A stretch of DNA of 62,290 nucleotides, filler included, from Octopus bimaculoides (GCF_001194135.2; 4 parts of 4 records of this genome joined end to end with filler, not necessarily neighbours in it), one strand, 5' to 3'. Positions 38,665-52,274 are shown, counted from the first letter of the whole stretch. Numbers and translations are program-made. The notes: generated by a model from the sequence alone, not told the origin.

Positions 38665-38902
38665 ACTTTCAGGCACAAGGCCGGAAATATTTTAGGGGAA
38701 TAGGGCTACTTGATTATATTGATCCCAGTGGGCTTAAGGTTAGTGATTTCGGGAAAAGGAATAAGTCGATTACATCGATCCCAGAGTACAACTGGTACTT
38801 ATTTTATCGACCCTTAAAGTCGACAATGGCGGCATTTAAACTCAGTAAATTCGGAAGAAATGCCGCTGAGCATTTTTCACGAGTCTGCCAGCTCGCCATC
38901 TT
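38665..38902 (-). mobile_element. SINE family A copy with partially duplicated 3' part
   Basis: Two gattat/gattacatcgatcccag blocks precede the core. Confidence 0.7.
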
Positions 38903-39554
38903 CCACACCAGAGATATTATACTATAATATCTGTGAACTTTTCTTTCCTCCATACTTTTCATTATCATCAATATAAAATATAAAACTAATATATAAAATT
39001 AATATTAGATTATGTTATATCTGATTACATAATAGCCAGACTACAAGAAGTAAATAAATTATCCAAGCCGCATCAGAAATAATCCTAACCAGCAATTAAC
39101 ATTAATTAATGAAAATTGATAATTAAAAATTAATAATTAAAATCTTTAAAAAAGCAAAATAATTAATTAATCAAAATTTGAAGTTTCAAATTCTGCTGAA
39201 CACTTGTTCGTGAAGCAGCCCACAATTTGAACATATATTCGCTATAACTGTTTCGAACAGTTTGAACATTTTAATAAGTCATTTTTCTTTTATCTCTCTT
39301 CCAACCTCACTTCTGTCATCTAGTTTGTGGAAAGGAAAAATTAGAAACATTTTCTGATCACATGTCTCTATATGTTCGCTCAATGAAATTTGGCGAACAC
39401 TGGTATTCCGGATTTGTTGTCTGTGAACTCGTGGGCTTTCCGATAATGAATATTAAAGTTACCAACGTTTTCATGTACAGGAGCCGAAATACAGCCTTAT
39501 ATAACGCCTTTCATATTGAAGAATTAAAGCTTAAGCTTTCATCGTGAAGGTGCA

Positions 39555-39855
39555 TGAGCGCATGAGTCCGTGATTAGAACGTCGGGCTCATAATCATGAG
39601 GTAGTGGGTTCGATTTATTTCACATTGCACCAACTCACTCAATTGTAGAAATGAGTTGCGACGTCACTGGTGCCAAGCTGTATCGGCCCTTGCCTTTCCC
39701 TTGAATAACGTTGGTGGCGTGGAGAGAAAAGGTTGGTATGCATGGGCAACTGTTGCTTTTCCCTAAAAAACAAATCTTGCCTAGACAGTACTACAGATGG
39801 TAACTTTCTAGGATCAATCCCATGGTCATTCATGACCAAAAGAGGTCTTTACCCT
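39555..39855 (+). mobile_element. tRNA-derived SINE, family D (single copy here)
   Basis: Head gtccgtgattagaacgtcgggctcataatcatgaggtagtgggttcgatt with A-box- and B-box-like motifs. Confidence 0.5.
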
Positions 39856-40518
39856 TTATTCATTACAAGGTAGAAATGACAGAGGAGATTAATTTTCTGT
39901 GAGGAAGCCCTACAGAGCCATCTTCTTGCAAATACGAATGCTTCAGACGAAAGCACAGATACAATTAGAAATGGTGTCGCCCCTAGCATTTTCCCTAATA
40001 TTTCATGCAAATAAGTCACGCTTACTGCCCTTCAGTCCCTGCGGAAGTTATACTGTGACTGTGTTGAGAATTTTCTGATACAATATTTTAATTACAACAT
40101 TCCTAGAAATGGGTAATAATGCTGTTGTGACAAAGAGATGTGTTTCCCTTGGTTTTATATGTATAGATGGTGATAATTCTTCCAACGTTAAGGTATATAT
40201 TCTACGTTCTACAGTTAGTGGTGTAGCGTCCTGTAGTGTCGACGGTAAAACAGCCGCCTCCATTGCGATAATTACAGTGCTCCAGTTCTATTATAGATTA
40301 ATGATTTTAATGTCGTATATCAATTATACTTTAACTTTTAAGCAGTGTGTATTATCAAATAAAAATAACATTATTGTCTATCGCTTAAATCCCTTCTGAA
40401 GAATGATTCCATTATGTATGTATGTATATATGTATGTTTGTATGTATGTATGTATGTATGTATGTATGTATGCATGTATGTATGTATGTATGTACGTACG
40501 CATGCATATATGCTTGCT

Positions 40519-40550
<32 letters not shown>

Positions 40551-41044
40551 TAAGCAATCAATGACGAATGACGAATACAAATACAGCAAAAGAGACATTC
40601 ACCGTAAATATTATTAGTTTGATGTTCTCTCTCTCCCTGTGTGTGTTTGTGTGTGTTTATACACATAAACACACACACACATACACATTAATGAATGAGA
40701 AAAGAAACAGTTACGATTAATTGTCATTGGTTTACAGCTGTTTCTGCTATGCGAAATCGTGCAACCAGGGTTGAGTGGTGCTAGTAAAACATCTGAGAGC
40801 CTCATCAGAGCTATTTCAATTAAGCTTTTGTTTATTGCGGATATCATTTAAATATATAACTGAGCATATTTAGACACGCACATACTTATAATACACCTAA
40901 ATGAATAAAAGGAGAAATTAACGAGAGATATGCATAAAACAGAAATGCACACTAACACATTGATATACATATATGTCAATATATAACCTCTAGCAACTTG
41001 CAATTGGCACCGGTATGTCGAAATATTATTAGTATCATCATGAC

Positions 41045-41257
41045 TTGGTGACAATCGTTAGCACGCCGGGCGAAATGCTTAGCAGTATTTCGTCTGCCGC
41101 TACGTTCTGAGTTTAAATTCCGCCGAGGTCGACTTCGCCTGTCATCCTTTCGAGGTCGATAGATTAAGTACCAGTGAAATATGTAATATGTAATATGTAA
41201 TCGACTAGTGCCTTCCCTACAAATCTGAGGCATTGTGCCTTCACTAGAAAGGATTAC
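41045..41257 (+). mobile_element. SINE family A copy
   Basis: atcgttagcacgccgggcgaaatgcttagc...tgagtttaaattccgccgaggtcgac...tagaaaggatta. Confidence 0.9.
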
Positions 41258-42310
41258 CTCGAGTGCCGCCAAGCTCTCACCGCCCTCAGTCAGGTGGGCA
41301 GTGCGATCGGTAGTAGCTCCACTCTAGAGTTCTATAGAGGGTTAGTGGAGGAAAAATGCGACGACGTTCTCGGGGAAACTCTAGGCGTCGAAGATAATCA
41401 GCTAAACAGTCTGTTCAGGAGAACTTTCGGGCCGGGGCCCGTGGATAATTTCCAAAGGTCCCTCGCCTGGCAGTGCTACCGAGGTGCGCTAACTGTTCGA
41501 GATAAACTCTACCGGCACGGAAGTGCCGTCAACTGGGCCTGCCCGAGGTGCGCTCAGGACGACGAAACCGTTCTGCACGCACTCGTCCAGTGCCCGAGCA
41601 TTGCTGACCTGTGGGTTTATATCGAACAGCTACTGTCACGTGTAGGACGGATCCAGCTATCNNNNNNNNNNNNNNNNNNNNNNNNNNNNNNNNNNNNNNN
41701 NNNNNNNNNNNNNNNNNNNNNNNNNNNNNNNNNNNNNNNNNNNNNNNNNNNNNNNNNNNNNNNNNNNNNNNNNNNNNNNNNNNNNNNNNNNNNNNNNNNN
41801 NNNNNNNNNNNNNNNNNNNNNNNNNNNNNNNNNNNNNNNNNNNNNNNNNNNNNNNNNNNNNNNNNNNNNNNNNNNNNNNNNNNNNNNNNNNNNNNNNNNN
41901 NNNNNNNNNNNNNNNNNNNNNNNNNNNNNNNNNNNNNNNNNNNNNNNNNNNNNNNNNNNNNNNNNNNNNNNNNNNNNNNNNNNNNNNNNNNNNNNNNNNN
42001 NNNNNNNNNNNNNNNNNNNNNNNNNNNNNNNNNNNNNNNNNNNNNNNNNNNNNNNNNNNNNNNNNNNNNNNNNNNNNNNNNNNNNNNNNNNNNNNNNNNN
42101 NNTTTTTCGAAGCACCTCCCCCTTTGGGAGTTCTATTTATTTATTTATTTATCTATTTATTTATCTATTTATTTGTTATATCTTTCTCCGTTTTCTTCCT
42201 CTGTTTAGACGAACTTTCCTACCTTTTCGGACAAAACTTTTGTAACGTTCGTCCTGTCTTTGTCCTTACATGTTTTTAATTGATATTAGCCCTTGTGGCC
42301 AATAAAACGA
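41258..42310 (+). mobile_element. 5'-truncated Tx1/L1-clade LINE (C-terminal zinc knuckle, gap, 3' UTR, AATAAA)
   Basis: ORF ...NFQRSLAWQCYRGALTVRDKLYRHG...CPRCAQDDETVLHALVQC (zf-RVT-like CxxC..H..C). AATAAA at about 42301 is followed by (ATT)n. Confidence 0.85.
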
Positions 42311-42322
42311 ATTAATTAATTA

Positions 42323-42358
<36 letters not shown>

Positions 42359-42359
42359 A

Positions 42360-42390
<31 letters not shown>

Positions 42391-42395
42391 TTTTA

Positions 42396-43480
42396 TTCTT
42401 CTTCAAAATTTCTTCCATTTATCGCCGAGTGTTTTCCGTACACCTAGAGCAGAAAAGCTCATTGTACGCATTCCCAGTTTACACACGCAAATTCACAGGT
42501 AAAATATGTATTTAGAAACATAAATAAATAAATAAATTTATGAATGGATGTTGTTTTCAGAGCGATAATGCTCTTCTCAATACATGAGTCGTTCCAGTTA
42601 ACATGATTTTTTGCACTTCCTGTAGGGATGGTAAGCCTGGTATCATTTTCAAATAGGTTTTAGTACCATTTTTTAAATCATTCCTAGAGATCCTACAATC
42701 ACTGGTACGGTAGTCGCTTTGAGATTCCACATTTTTTCAATTTCTATTAGCAAGTCTTTATATTTACTGATCTTGCCAAATTCTTTCGCCGCTATATTGT
42801 GATCGCAAGGAATACTCATGTCAATTAATAAACACATCTTTTTTGTCTTATCTCTTATAATAATATCCGGTTTATTAGCTTTTATAGTTTTGTCGGTATG
42901 TACGGGAAGTCCCAGAGAATCGATACATTTTCTCCTTCAGTCGCAGCTTCAGGGTGGTGTTTAAACCATTTGTCAGCGGTTTTGATTTTATAATGCCGAC
43001 ATATTGTCCAGTGTAAATACTGGCCGAATCTGTCATGTCTTGCTTTATATTCTACAGGTGCTAAGACTCTACACCCCGAGATTAGGTTGTTTATAGTTTC
43101 AATCTCATCGTTACAAAATCAGCATTTTGGGTCAGCTCCATTTTTTATTACATTGGCCTGGTAGTTCCGGGTTAATAAGCTTTGGTCTTGAGCAGCTAAT
43201 ATGAAACCTTCACTCTCTGCTTTTAGTCCTGAGCTTCGTAACCATTGATGCGTGTGTTTCTGGTCGACATCAGCTTGCTTGCTACAGGCCACATACTTGT
43301 CATGCAGAGGTTTCTGTTCCCATCTGTTAGCTAATTTTTCATGTGCTTTTGTCTTTGCAATTAATTTTATTTCCTTTGCAGCAGCAGATGGCGCATTTCC
43401 TTCAACCTGATCAATCTGGTAGGTATCTAAGAGATCAGTAGCAAACTTTTTGCTCTCTTTCAGAATAGAGTTATTACTAT
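42396..43480 (-). mobile_element. R4/Dong-type RLE LINE, 3' 1.1 kb, pseudogenised
   Basis: Minus strand: QWLRSSGLKAESEGFILAAQDQSLLTRNY...KC*FCNDEIETINNLISGC...RHDRFG...WDF(fs)TDKTIKANKPDIIIRD...LLIDMSIPCDHN...KYKDL..EIEKMWNLK..VPVIVGSLG. The 3' end runs into the (AAT)n array at 42311-42395. Confidence 0.92.
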
Positions 43481-43879
43481 TATATGTGTGTATATATATA
43501 TTGTNNNNNNNNNNNNNNNNNNNNNNNNNNNNNNNNNNNNNNNNNNNNTTAATTAATTAANNNNNNNNNNNNNNNNNNNNNNNNNNNNNNNNNNNNNNNN
43601 NNNNGTTAGTGTTATGTTTCCCTCGGGTGACTCGTAGAGATAACACAACGAGTTATACAATTTAATTATTACATTTATTGTTCAATTACATACAAAGAAC
43701 GCACTCACCCAATGTTCGTTATGAATAAACAAAAGTCATGTCCGCCATATATATATCAATGACATTTTACTACGACAGTCCCACAAGACAACAACAATGA
43801 AACAATGAACTCAGACGAACCACATGACACACGGAACGTCAGACGAATTACATATCTAACAGTCCATATAACAGTTAGG

Positions 43880-44016
43880 GTTAGGGGATTATATCGACCC
43901 CAGTACGTAACTGGTACTTATTGGGATGAAAAACAAAGTCAATTTCGGCGGAATTTGAACTCAGAACGTAGCCGGCAAAATACCGCTTAGCATTTCGCCC
44001 TGCGCGCTAACGATTG
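43880..44016 (-). mobile_element. SINE family A copy with deletion
   Basis: cggcggaatttgaactcagaacgtag...taccgcttagcatttcgccc. Confidence 0.8.
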
Positions 44017-44199
44017 TACAACAACAATAACAACAACAACAACGACGACGACGACGATGATAATGATGATGATGATGATGATGGTGATGATGCTGCTGAT
44101 CGTGTTATGGTGATAGTAATAGTAATATCAACGGCTACAATAGTAGTGGTAGGAAAAACAGTAATATCAATAATTTTATATGAACAATAATTTGATGAC

Positions 44200-44246
<47 letters not shown>

Positions 44247-45848
44247 GAAGAAGAAGGAGAACAACAACAACAACAACAATAAACAGCAATAATAATAATG
44301 ATAATGATAATTTTGAAAAATACAATAAAGAAATAAATACACGAAAGACTGATTAAAATTGCATTAAGAGTCACTTCAATATATATCAGCATCAGTAACA
44401 TCTAAAATCATCATCGCCATCACCCCCAACAATAACAGCAACAACATTTCCACGACCACTTTTCTCCTCCCGCCACTACCACCATTACCACCTACAGCTC
44501 CAACCACCACCACCACCACCACCACCTCCTAGATCACCAATATCAACGCCATCACCAACAGCATCAGTATTAACATGCTCAACAACGTTACTGTCAACAA
44601 GAACAACAACAACAACAACAGCAGCAACAACAATATCAACAACAACAAGCCATGTAAACAGTTAAGTCAAAATAACAATATGTGCTGATAGCAGGGATAA
44701 CGAACGTTCACTCTAAAAATTCAAATGACTTTTTCGAAAGACACGCAAACGGAAATGTATTATTTCCTTGCTGAAATCTCGCTTCTATCCACCATTTTGA
44801 TTAGACCAAAAAGACGAATTAAGTCCCCCGTTAGAATACATCAATGGCAAATGCCCTGTGGCCCCAGACGCCGCTAATTTCCTGTTAGCACAAGCTTCTC
44901 TTCGGTCTTACTTTGACACAAACCAGAAAATTTACTGCAGACCCCAAAATTGAAAATAATGTGTGCGCTTATACACATGTGTTTGTTTGTTTGTGTGAGT
45001 GTATGTGTGTATGTGTGTGTGTGTGTGTATGTATACATATATGTATATATGTATGTATATACATATATATATATATACATATATATGTNNNNNNNNNNNN
45101 NNNNNNNNNNNNNNNNNNNNNNNNNNNNNNNNNNNNNNNNNNNNNNNNNNNNNNNNNNNNNNNNNNNNNNNNNNNNNNNNNNNNNNNNNNNNNNNNNNNN
45201 NNNNNNNNNNNNNNNNNNNNNNNNNNNNNNNNNNNNNNNNNNNNNNNNNNNNNNNNNNNNNNNNNNNNNNNNNNNNNNNNNNNNNNNNNNNNNNNNNNNN
45301 NNNNNNNNNNNNNNNNNNNNNNNNNNNNNNNNNNNNNNNNNNNNNNNNNNNNNNNNNNNNNNNNNNNNNNNNNNNNNNNNNNNNNNNNNNNNNNNNNNNN
45401 NNNNNNNNNNNNNNNNNNNNNNNNNNNNNNNNNNNNNNNNNNNNNNNNNNNNNNNNNNNNNNNNNNNNNNNNNNNNNNNNNNNNNNNNNNNNNNNNNNNN
45501 NNNNNNNNNNNNNNNNNNNNNNNNNNNNNNNNNNNNNNNNNNNNNNNNNNNNNNNNNNNNNNNNNNNNNNNNNNNNNNNNNNNNNNNNNNNNNNNNNNNN
45601 NNNNNNNNNNNNNNNNNNNNNNNNNNNNNNNNNNNNNNNNNNNNNNNNNNNNNNNNNNNNNNNNNNNNNNNNNNNNNNNNNNNNNNNNNNNNNNNNNNNN
45701 NNNNNNNNNNNNNNNNNNNNNNNNNNNNNNNNNNNNNNNNNNNNNNNNNNNNNNNNNNNNNNNNNNNNNNNNNNNNNNNNNNNNNNNNNNNNNNNNNNNN
45801 NNNNNNNNNNNNNNNNNNNNNNNNNNNNNNNNNNNNNNNNNNNNNNNN

Positions 45849-45892
<44 letters not shown>

Positions 45893-46330
45893 GTGTGTGT
45901 GCGTACAATTTATATATTTTTTAGAAAGAAAAAAATCATATATTTTCGTATATTATTATTTATTTGCATTTTCCCGTTTCCCCCAAACCAAAATCTTCAA
46001 ATTAAGGACATTATTTTAGTTCCAAGAATTCTTTCACTCTTTCTTCGCAGCATTGTCCAAAACCATTAAGGATACTTTTGGTGGCTTTTATATGGCAGTC
46101 GTTCGTTCATTATACACAGAAAGGCTGCTTCAACTGCTCCTGATGATTATGATGATGATGAACTGGAGGAGGATGTTCTTGTTGATAATGTTGATCATAA
46201 TGACGCTGATGTTGTTGATGATGATGATAATGATTGATGATACTGGTGGTGTTGGTGATGGAGGTGGTGGTGGCGATAGCGATGATAATAGTGATGATGA
46301 CGATGGTAGTCATGCTGGATGTGGTGATGG

Positions 46331-46380
<50 letters not shown>

Positions 46381-46446
46381 CTGTTGGAAGTAGTGATGGT
46401 GAGGGATCAAGTGATGGTCAAGATGATAATAAAGACGATAAATATT

Positions 46447-46590
46447 GATTTCGAATTTTAGCACAAGGCTAGCAATTTGGGGGAGCAGTTAAGTCGATTA
46501 CATCGACCCCAGTGTTTAATTGGTACTTATTTCATCGAAGGGCAAAGTCGCCCTCGGCGGAGTTTGAAATAACGTGAAGACGAAATTTTC
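46447..46590 (-). mobile_element. SINE family A, 3' two-thirds
   Basis: ttagcacaaggctagcaattt...aagtcgattacatcgaccccagtg...ggtacttatttcatcg. Confidence 0.8.
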
Positions 46591-46699
46591 AAAATGACAT
46601 TGTGGGGTAGATGACAGAGACCAAATCTGCCCAGTTTGAATGTAATGTGTGTAGAATATTTGGGCCTGATATGGCCGGTTTAAATGCTAAAAGGATTAA
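46590..46699. mobile_element. Possible half of a TTAA-flanked (piggyBac-like) MITE
   Basis: Ends ...ggccggtttaaatgctaaaaggaTTAA. Only one end is visible, and the call rests on recalled cephalopod repeat ends. Confidence 0.3.
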
Positions 46700-46895
46700 T
46701 TCGTTAATCTGATCGCTGTTGCCTTTACGCATCAGAAACGATAGTTAGAAATGTATGTATGTATGTATGTATGTATGTATGCATGTATGCATGCATGTAT
46801 ATATGTACGCAACACTGAGGCTGTGAAGAAAACATTCATTTGTATAGCGGAGACGAAAAATCTCGTTCAGACATGTAGCTGGCGAACGCACCTCT

Positions 46896-46965
<70 letters not shown>

Positions 46966-47041
46966 GATTGATCGATCGATCTTTCTGTCTGTCTGCCTTT
47001 CTGTCTGCCTTTTTGTCTGCCTTTCTGTCTGTCTGTCTGTA

Positions 47042-47116
<75 letters not shown>

Positions 47117-47134
47117 TGTCAAGAAATTTGAAGA

Positions 47135-48075
47135 GACCTGGACGTGACTAGAAAAGAAGTGTGTAAACCTTTTGGCTTATCAAAAGTACCAAAGAAAAGA
47201 TACGACCAATCCCCGTCGTTCCGTCAGAAAACTGGCTGCCACAGTAAAAATAAGCCGAACATCAATGTATGGAGTGCTGAAGGGAGATCTCAGGACCCAC
47301 CCCTAAAAGATGATCCGCTGTCATGAGCTCACGCAAGTTTATAAGGCCATAAGAGAGAAGTCATCTTATCCTGCGCTGCCCAACGTGGTTTTCACTGATG
47401 AATTTACATCGAACTGGCAATAAACTATCAGAACGACCTAATTTGGAGGGTATCTGGCTCAGTCGAGGGTAGACTCGTAAATCGACGTCAAAATCCACAG
47501 TCAGTTATGGTTTGGGTGGCTGACAGCCACTGGAATGTCTCCCTCTCATTTTTATGCCCTCGGTTGTTAAAATTAACACCCAGCAATATATTAGCGGTAT
47601 TCTGGAAGCTGGACTGCTTTTATGGGTGAACGAGCACTTTCAAGATACATCTTGTCCAACAGGACTCGGCACCATCCCGCAGCTCTAAACAGACAACACT
47701 GGATTCACAAAAATATTCCGTTGTTTATAGACAAAGATGTATGGCCCTCAAGAAGCCCCGATCTCAACTTGTTGGATATTTCTGTTTGGTCAATAATTGA
47801 GATGAGGGTCTCAAGCACTCCTCATGCTTCGCTCGACGCTTTGAAGTCAAAGCTGTGCCAGAAATGGGCTTCGATTCTGCAAGAACAGCTGCATGCCGCA
47901 TGTGAGGCATGTGAGGCACCTAGACTTAAGGCCGTGATTAGAAACAGAGGTTGTCATATCGAATAAATTTGGTAGTGTCATAATTGTGTTTCCTTTACCA
48001 TTGCACTGCAACACTCGGACCTGAAGTATAATAATATTTTGCTTTGGCAAAATTGAAAATGTTGGTTGCCTCATA
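47135..48075 (+). mobile_element. Degraded DD37D (maT-type) Tc1/mariner transposase
   Basis: NPRRSVRKLA (HTH), VVFTDE, RRQNPQSVMVW, then VQQDSAP..(1-nt deletion)..HWIHKNIPLFIDKDVWPSRSPDLNLLD. There are 37 residues between D2 and D3 after restoring the frameshift. Confidence 0.88.
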
Positions 48076-48239
48076 TATATATATATATATATACCTATAC
48101 CTATTTCTCTCTCTCTCTATCTATATATCTATACCCCCACCCCACANNNNNNNNNNNNNNNNNNNNNNNNNNNNNNNNNNNNNCTCCACCCCACCCCACA
48201 ACTTGATATAGTTGTATGTACTACACATCGCTCACCGGA

Positions 48240-49070
48240 TGCTCCATATCATACAGATAAATTTGAAGATTGCCTCGCAAAGATAGAAGTTCTCACCAGA
48301 CTGGAGCAACACTTCAATATATTCCTTTTGGATGACTTTTGGGATGGCGTGAGGACCAGATGCTTTCAGGAATGACACAGCACCAACAAGCAGAGGCAGA
48401 GTCTCTGCTCCTCCTTACGCATGCTTTATTCATGGAGCAAATTGCGCCGCAACCAACCAGGGCAAATAACATTGCTTCATAAATAATATGGACATTATCC
48501 ATAATGTGAAAGTGGCACCGACGCTAGTCTCGCATCACAACATAATAGAGCTGTCTGTGTAGAGATCAAAAACCCCTGCAGACGCCCAGCCTACACGAAG
48601 CACTAGAAATCTCTCCAAACTGAACTTTCATAAAGCAAACTGACAGGAATAATGAAACATCTTTCCAGGAGCATATTACTAATTTGGTAATAAATGCCGA
48701 CGGTTAGCTGGATGGATCCTCCGAACTTTTAAAAAGAGAGAAACGGAAACTATGATGCTCCTATGGAAGGCATACATCCTCAGCCGCTTGGACAACTGCT
48801 CCCAACTATGGTCACCACACAGTATAAAATTAACGGCGGCACTCAAAGCAATCCAACGAAGCTGTACAGAGAAAATCATCTCAATGAAATATATCAGCAA
48901 CTGGGAAAGGCTGAAAGAATGAAAACTCTTCTGCCTAGAACGAAAGCGAGGAAGATATGTAGTGATATACATATGGAAAATTCTGGAAAGCCTTGTACCA
49001 AACTTAGGCATTGAAAGTTAAACTAACAGTAGAACCAGGCACACCTGAGTAGTGCCAAAGGTTCCAACAT
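48240..49070 (+). mobile_element. CR1-clade LINE fossil: APE-endonuclease remnant fused to the post-RT C-terminal region
   Basis: LFMEQIAPQPTRANN..IIHNVKVAPTLVSHHNIIEL..LNFHKAN, then RRLAGWILRTFKKRE..MLLWKAYILSRLDNCSQLWSPH..IQRS..WERLKE*KLFCLERKRGRY..IWKILE.LVPN. Confidence 0.85.
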
Positions 49071-49379
49071 CACCATCAAAATCGATTTCTCCCCTCCTGC
49101 CAAATTTCAGGCCTTGTACCTATAGTAGAAGGGATAATTATTGTTACTATTAAGGGATTTATAAAATAAACTAGTATTACATGATAAATATCATTTTTTT
49201 AAAATCCTTAAAATAGAAAATAAAAGTAACAAACTTTTTTGCTTAAACTTTTGACAATTTTTCAAGAAGGAAATAATTCAAAATTTGTGTGTGTCCAGTT
49301 AAGCAAATAAAACAAAATTAAAGAAAAATGATAAATTTATAATGGAAAAATTACACAATTTTTGCGTAAGTTTATTAAA

Positions 49380-51300
49380 TTGAAGATCAGTTGCGTGTTG
49401 GGAAAGAAGAAAAAGAACAGTCATCTCATGTACATTTTTAAGAGAACTACTTTCTTCTGCAGGAGAATCATATGGATTTTTTTGTTTTTTTAAAAAAAGA
49501 AAAGGCAGAAGTAGAAGTTCCTGGATAGGTTGTTTTAAAGAAACTATCGAATATGGTTGAATTAGTCTGTTCTTCTGAGCAGTTCAAAAGTACTCCAACG
49601 TTTTACAAGGAAATTAGACTCAACATCATCTGAAAGTGGGTGATGTGTTTGCACAATGTGAACTGATGTTAAACACAAGATTCCTTTTTTGGCTTTTTCT
49701 TTGATATGTTTCTTTGTTTGTTTTGAATATTTTCCTCAGATTTTAGTCACTGATGCAAGAATTCAGCCTCTTCTCGGTACAGCACATCCAGGTCGTCGAT
49801 GGATAATTCTCCTCTCTGCTTCTCAATAAAATAGTGTATGTCCACAGAACACCCCCAAAATACAATTTCTTCAACTACAAACTTTGTCGTAAATATTTCA
49901 AAGTCCATTAATGAGCCAACATCAGGCTACAATGATCCCTCCAAGCACCCAGAAGAAAGTTCTTTCCATGACTTCACTATTAAACTTACAGCTTTTGCAA
50001 TGAAGAAATGATTTTTCGGAACCTGCCACAACATTTGATAGAGTCCCTTCAAAACAAGTCGTGAATAAATATTTTATGTATTACTTTTTAAAGCATGCAG
50101 TCATTTGCTGATCCATGGATTGTTGCAGAAGATTAATATTAGGAGTTAGGAAAAAAGATTTTGATAAAATGAATTCAGTTCAGCCGGTCGGAAGGACTTG
50201 TTAAAATATTTATTGTAACAAGATGAGCCGGCATTGAAAAACCTTCCCTTTGAGATAGTTATGTCTTGTGACAATAAAGACATCATTGAACTCCGTCCTT
50301 CGAATTAGAAGCCTGCTCAATACCAAGAATTTTCTTGTAATTTTTTATGAAGCTCTGGGGTTTTCTGAACGGTACACTAAGTGCGACTTCACTCTGAAAT
50401 TCCCTGAAGCATAAGTACAGAAGAGTAATGCTAGCCTGTCCTTCATCGGTTAAATCCTGACAGTAAGGTTTACTCTAATGTAATGTAAGCCCTCCCGATC
50501 ATTTCTTTAAAAACAAAATGTTGCTATCTTCACAATTAAAAAATTACGCTCTTTCACATGTTTACAAAATTTCAGACTTAAATATCTCTGTAGCGACTGA
50601 GACTGACTTGGTAGCTTCACCATTCTTCGCAACGCTTTGAACACCAAAACGGTCTTTGAATGATTCTAATCAAACTCGGCTGGCTTTAAACTGCACTGGA
50701 TTTCCAGTCACTGGAAATAGGATCATCTCTCAAATTGTTCATAGACAGACTTAGCTTTTCACAAATAAACGACCCACTTACTCTGAATCAGCACCTAATT
50801 GTTCTTTTTTTTTATCTACATTTATGATAGATTTTCCATTTTATCTGTGTCTGAAACACGAGTGTGATTGAGCATGCGCATCCCTTTCGTAACCATGCCC
50901 CTTTTTAGCTCGTACTTCTTTTTCGAAATTGTATATATTAAGAATTTAGCCAATTTATACTGCACATTAAGTTCACTTAAATTGATAACAGTTTCTCTCC
51001 CAAGTTCTTTTTCTTTTTTTTCATTTTTGCTTCTATTGCAATGTTCTTTCTTACGGGCTTTGCTTTGAACCACGGTGGGAAGTTTTATAAGAAAAATAAA
51101 ATCCAACGCTAACTTTTGTTTGAAAAATTTCACCGGTTCAAGAAAGGAAAAAACAGACATTTCGCTACAAATTTGACGTAACACTATGGCAAATTGTAAG
51201 CGGCGGAGTTAAGTTTATTTCCAGCATTTCGTGATGCATACCATTAAAAGAAGAGTGTGAACGAAGGGAAATAATTCAACATTACATTTACGACGTCAAA
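49380..51300 (-). mobile_element. Tigger/pogo-type DNA transposon fossil
   Basis: Minus-strand remnants: HTH-psq-like KELGRETVINLSE..KLAKFLIYTISKKK, CENP-B-like FKASRV*LESFKDRFG, MKDRLALLFC.YASG.F.VK.HLVY.SENPRA, and FFPNSNINLLQQSMDQQ....FKK*Y. Confidence 0.85.
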
Positions 51301-51450
51301 GTAATCTTTCGTTATATTATTTATTTTTTGTATGGAAATCGTTCGTTGCTATGATTTATTCATTGTCATGGTTTTCGTTAGCACACGCTCACACACGCAC
51401 ACACACCCGCACACACACACACACATGCACACGCGCGCGCACACACACAA

Positions 51451-51487
<37 letters not shown>

Positions 51488-51494
51488 TACAAAC

Positions 51495-51660
51495 AAAGAA
51501 ACGTCGAACCTCCACACAGTTTCTATTTAACAAATTCACTTCGCGTGGCATTGGTCAGTCCAGTCCTATAGTAGAAGACGCTTGATCGAGGCAAGGTGCC
51601 ACACTGTGGGACTGAACTCAAAGCCCCCATTAAACGAGCTTCTTAACTAACAACCATCTG
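51495..51660 (-). mobile_element. SINE family B, 5' half
   Basis: ctatagtagaagacgc...caaggtgccacactgtgggactgaactc. Confidence 0.7.
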
Positions 51661-51772
51661 TCATGTGACATACATGCATACATACATACAAAATGAGCAC
51701 CAGTGGAATGTCAAAGTAAACCCTCAATAAAATGTAAACATTTCGCCAGCTGGCCACCTTCATAATAATAAT

Positions 51773-52002
51773 AATTCTTTCTACAATAGGCACAAGGCCT
51801 GAACTCCGGGGAAATGGATAGTCAATTACATCGACCCCATTGCTTCACTAGTACTTTTTCATCGACCCCAAAAGGATGAAAGGTAAAGTCGACCTCGGCG
51901 GAATTTGAACTCAGAACATAAAGACGGACGAAATGCCACTAAGCATTTCGCCCGGCGTGCTAACGATTCTGCCATCTTGCTGCCTTAGTAATAATGATGA
52001 TG

Positions 52003-52070
<68 letters not shown>

Positions 52071-52270
52071 CCTTTCTACTAAAGGCACAAGACTAGAAAT
52101 TGAGGGAGGGGACTAGTTGATCACATCAACCTCAGTGCGTCATTGGTACTTATTTCATCGACCCCCGAAAGGGTGAAAAGCAAAGTCGACCACGGCGGAA
52201 CTTAAACACAGAATGTAAGGACGGACGAAATGCCGCTAAGCATTTTGTCCGGCGTGCTAACGATTCTGTA
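51773..52270 (-). mobile_element. Two tandem SINE family A copies (51773-51987, 52071-52270) separated by (AAT)n
   Basis: Both show the full family A consensus. Confidence 0.9.
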
Positions 52271-52274
52271 TTTT

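Noticed and set aside
43382-43395. CTCF-like CAGCAGATGGCGCA
   Set aside because: It lies within the coding strand of the R4/Dong remnant (NAPSAA) and is explained by codon content.
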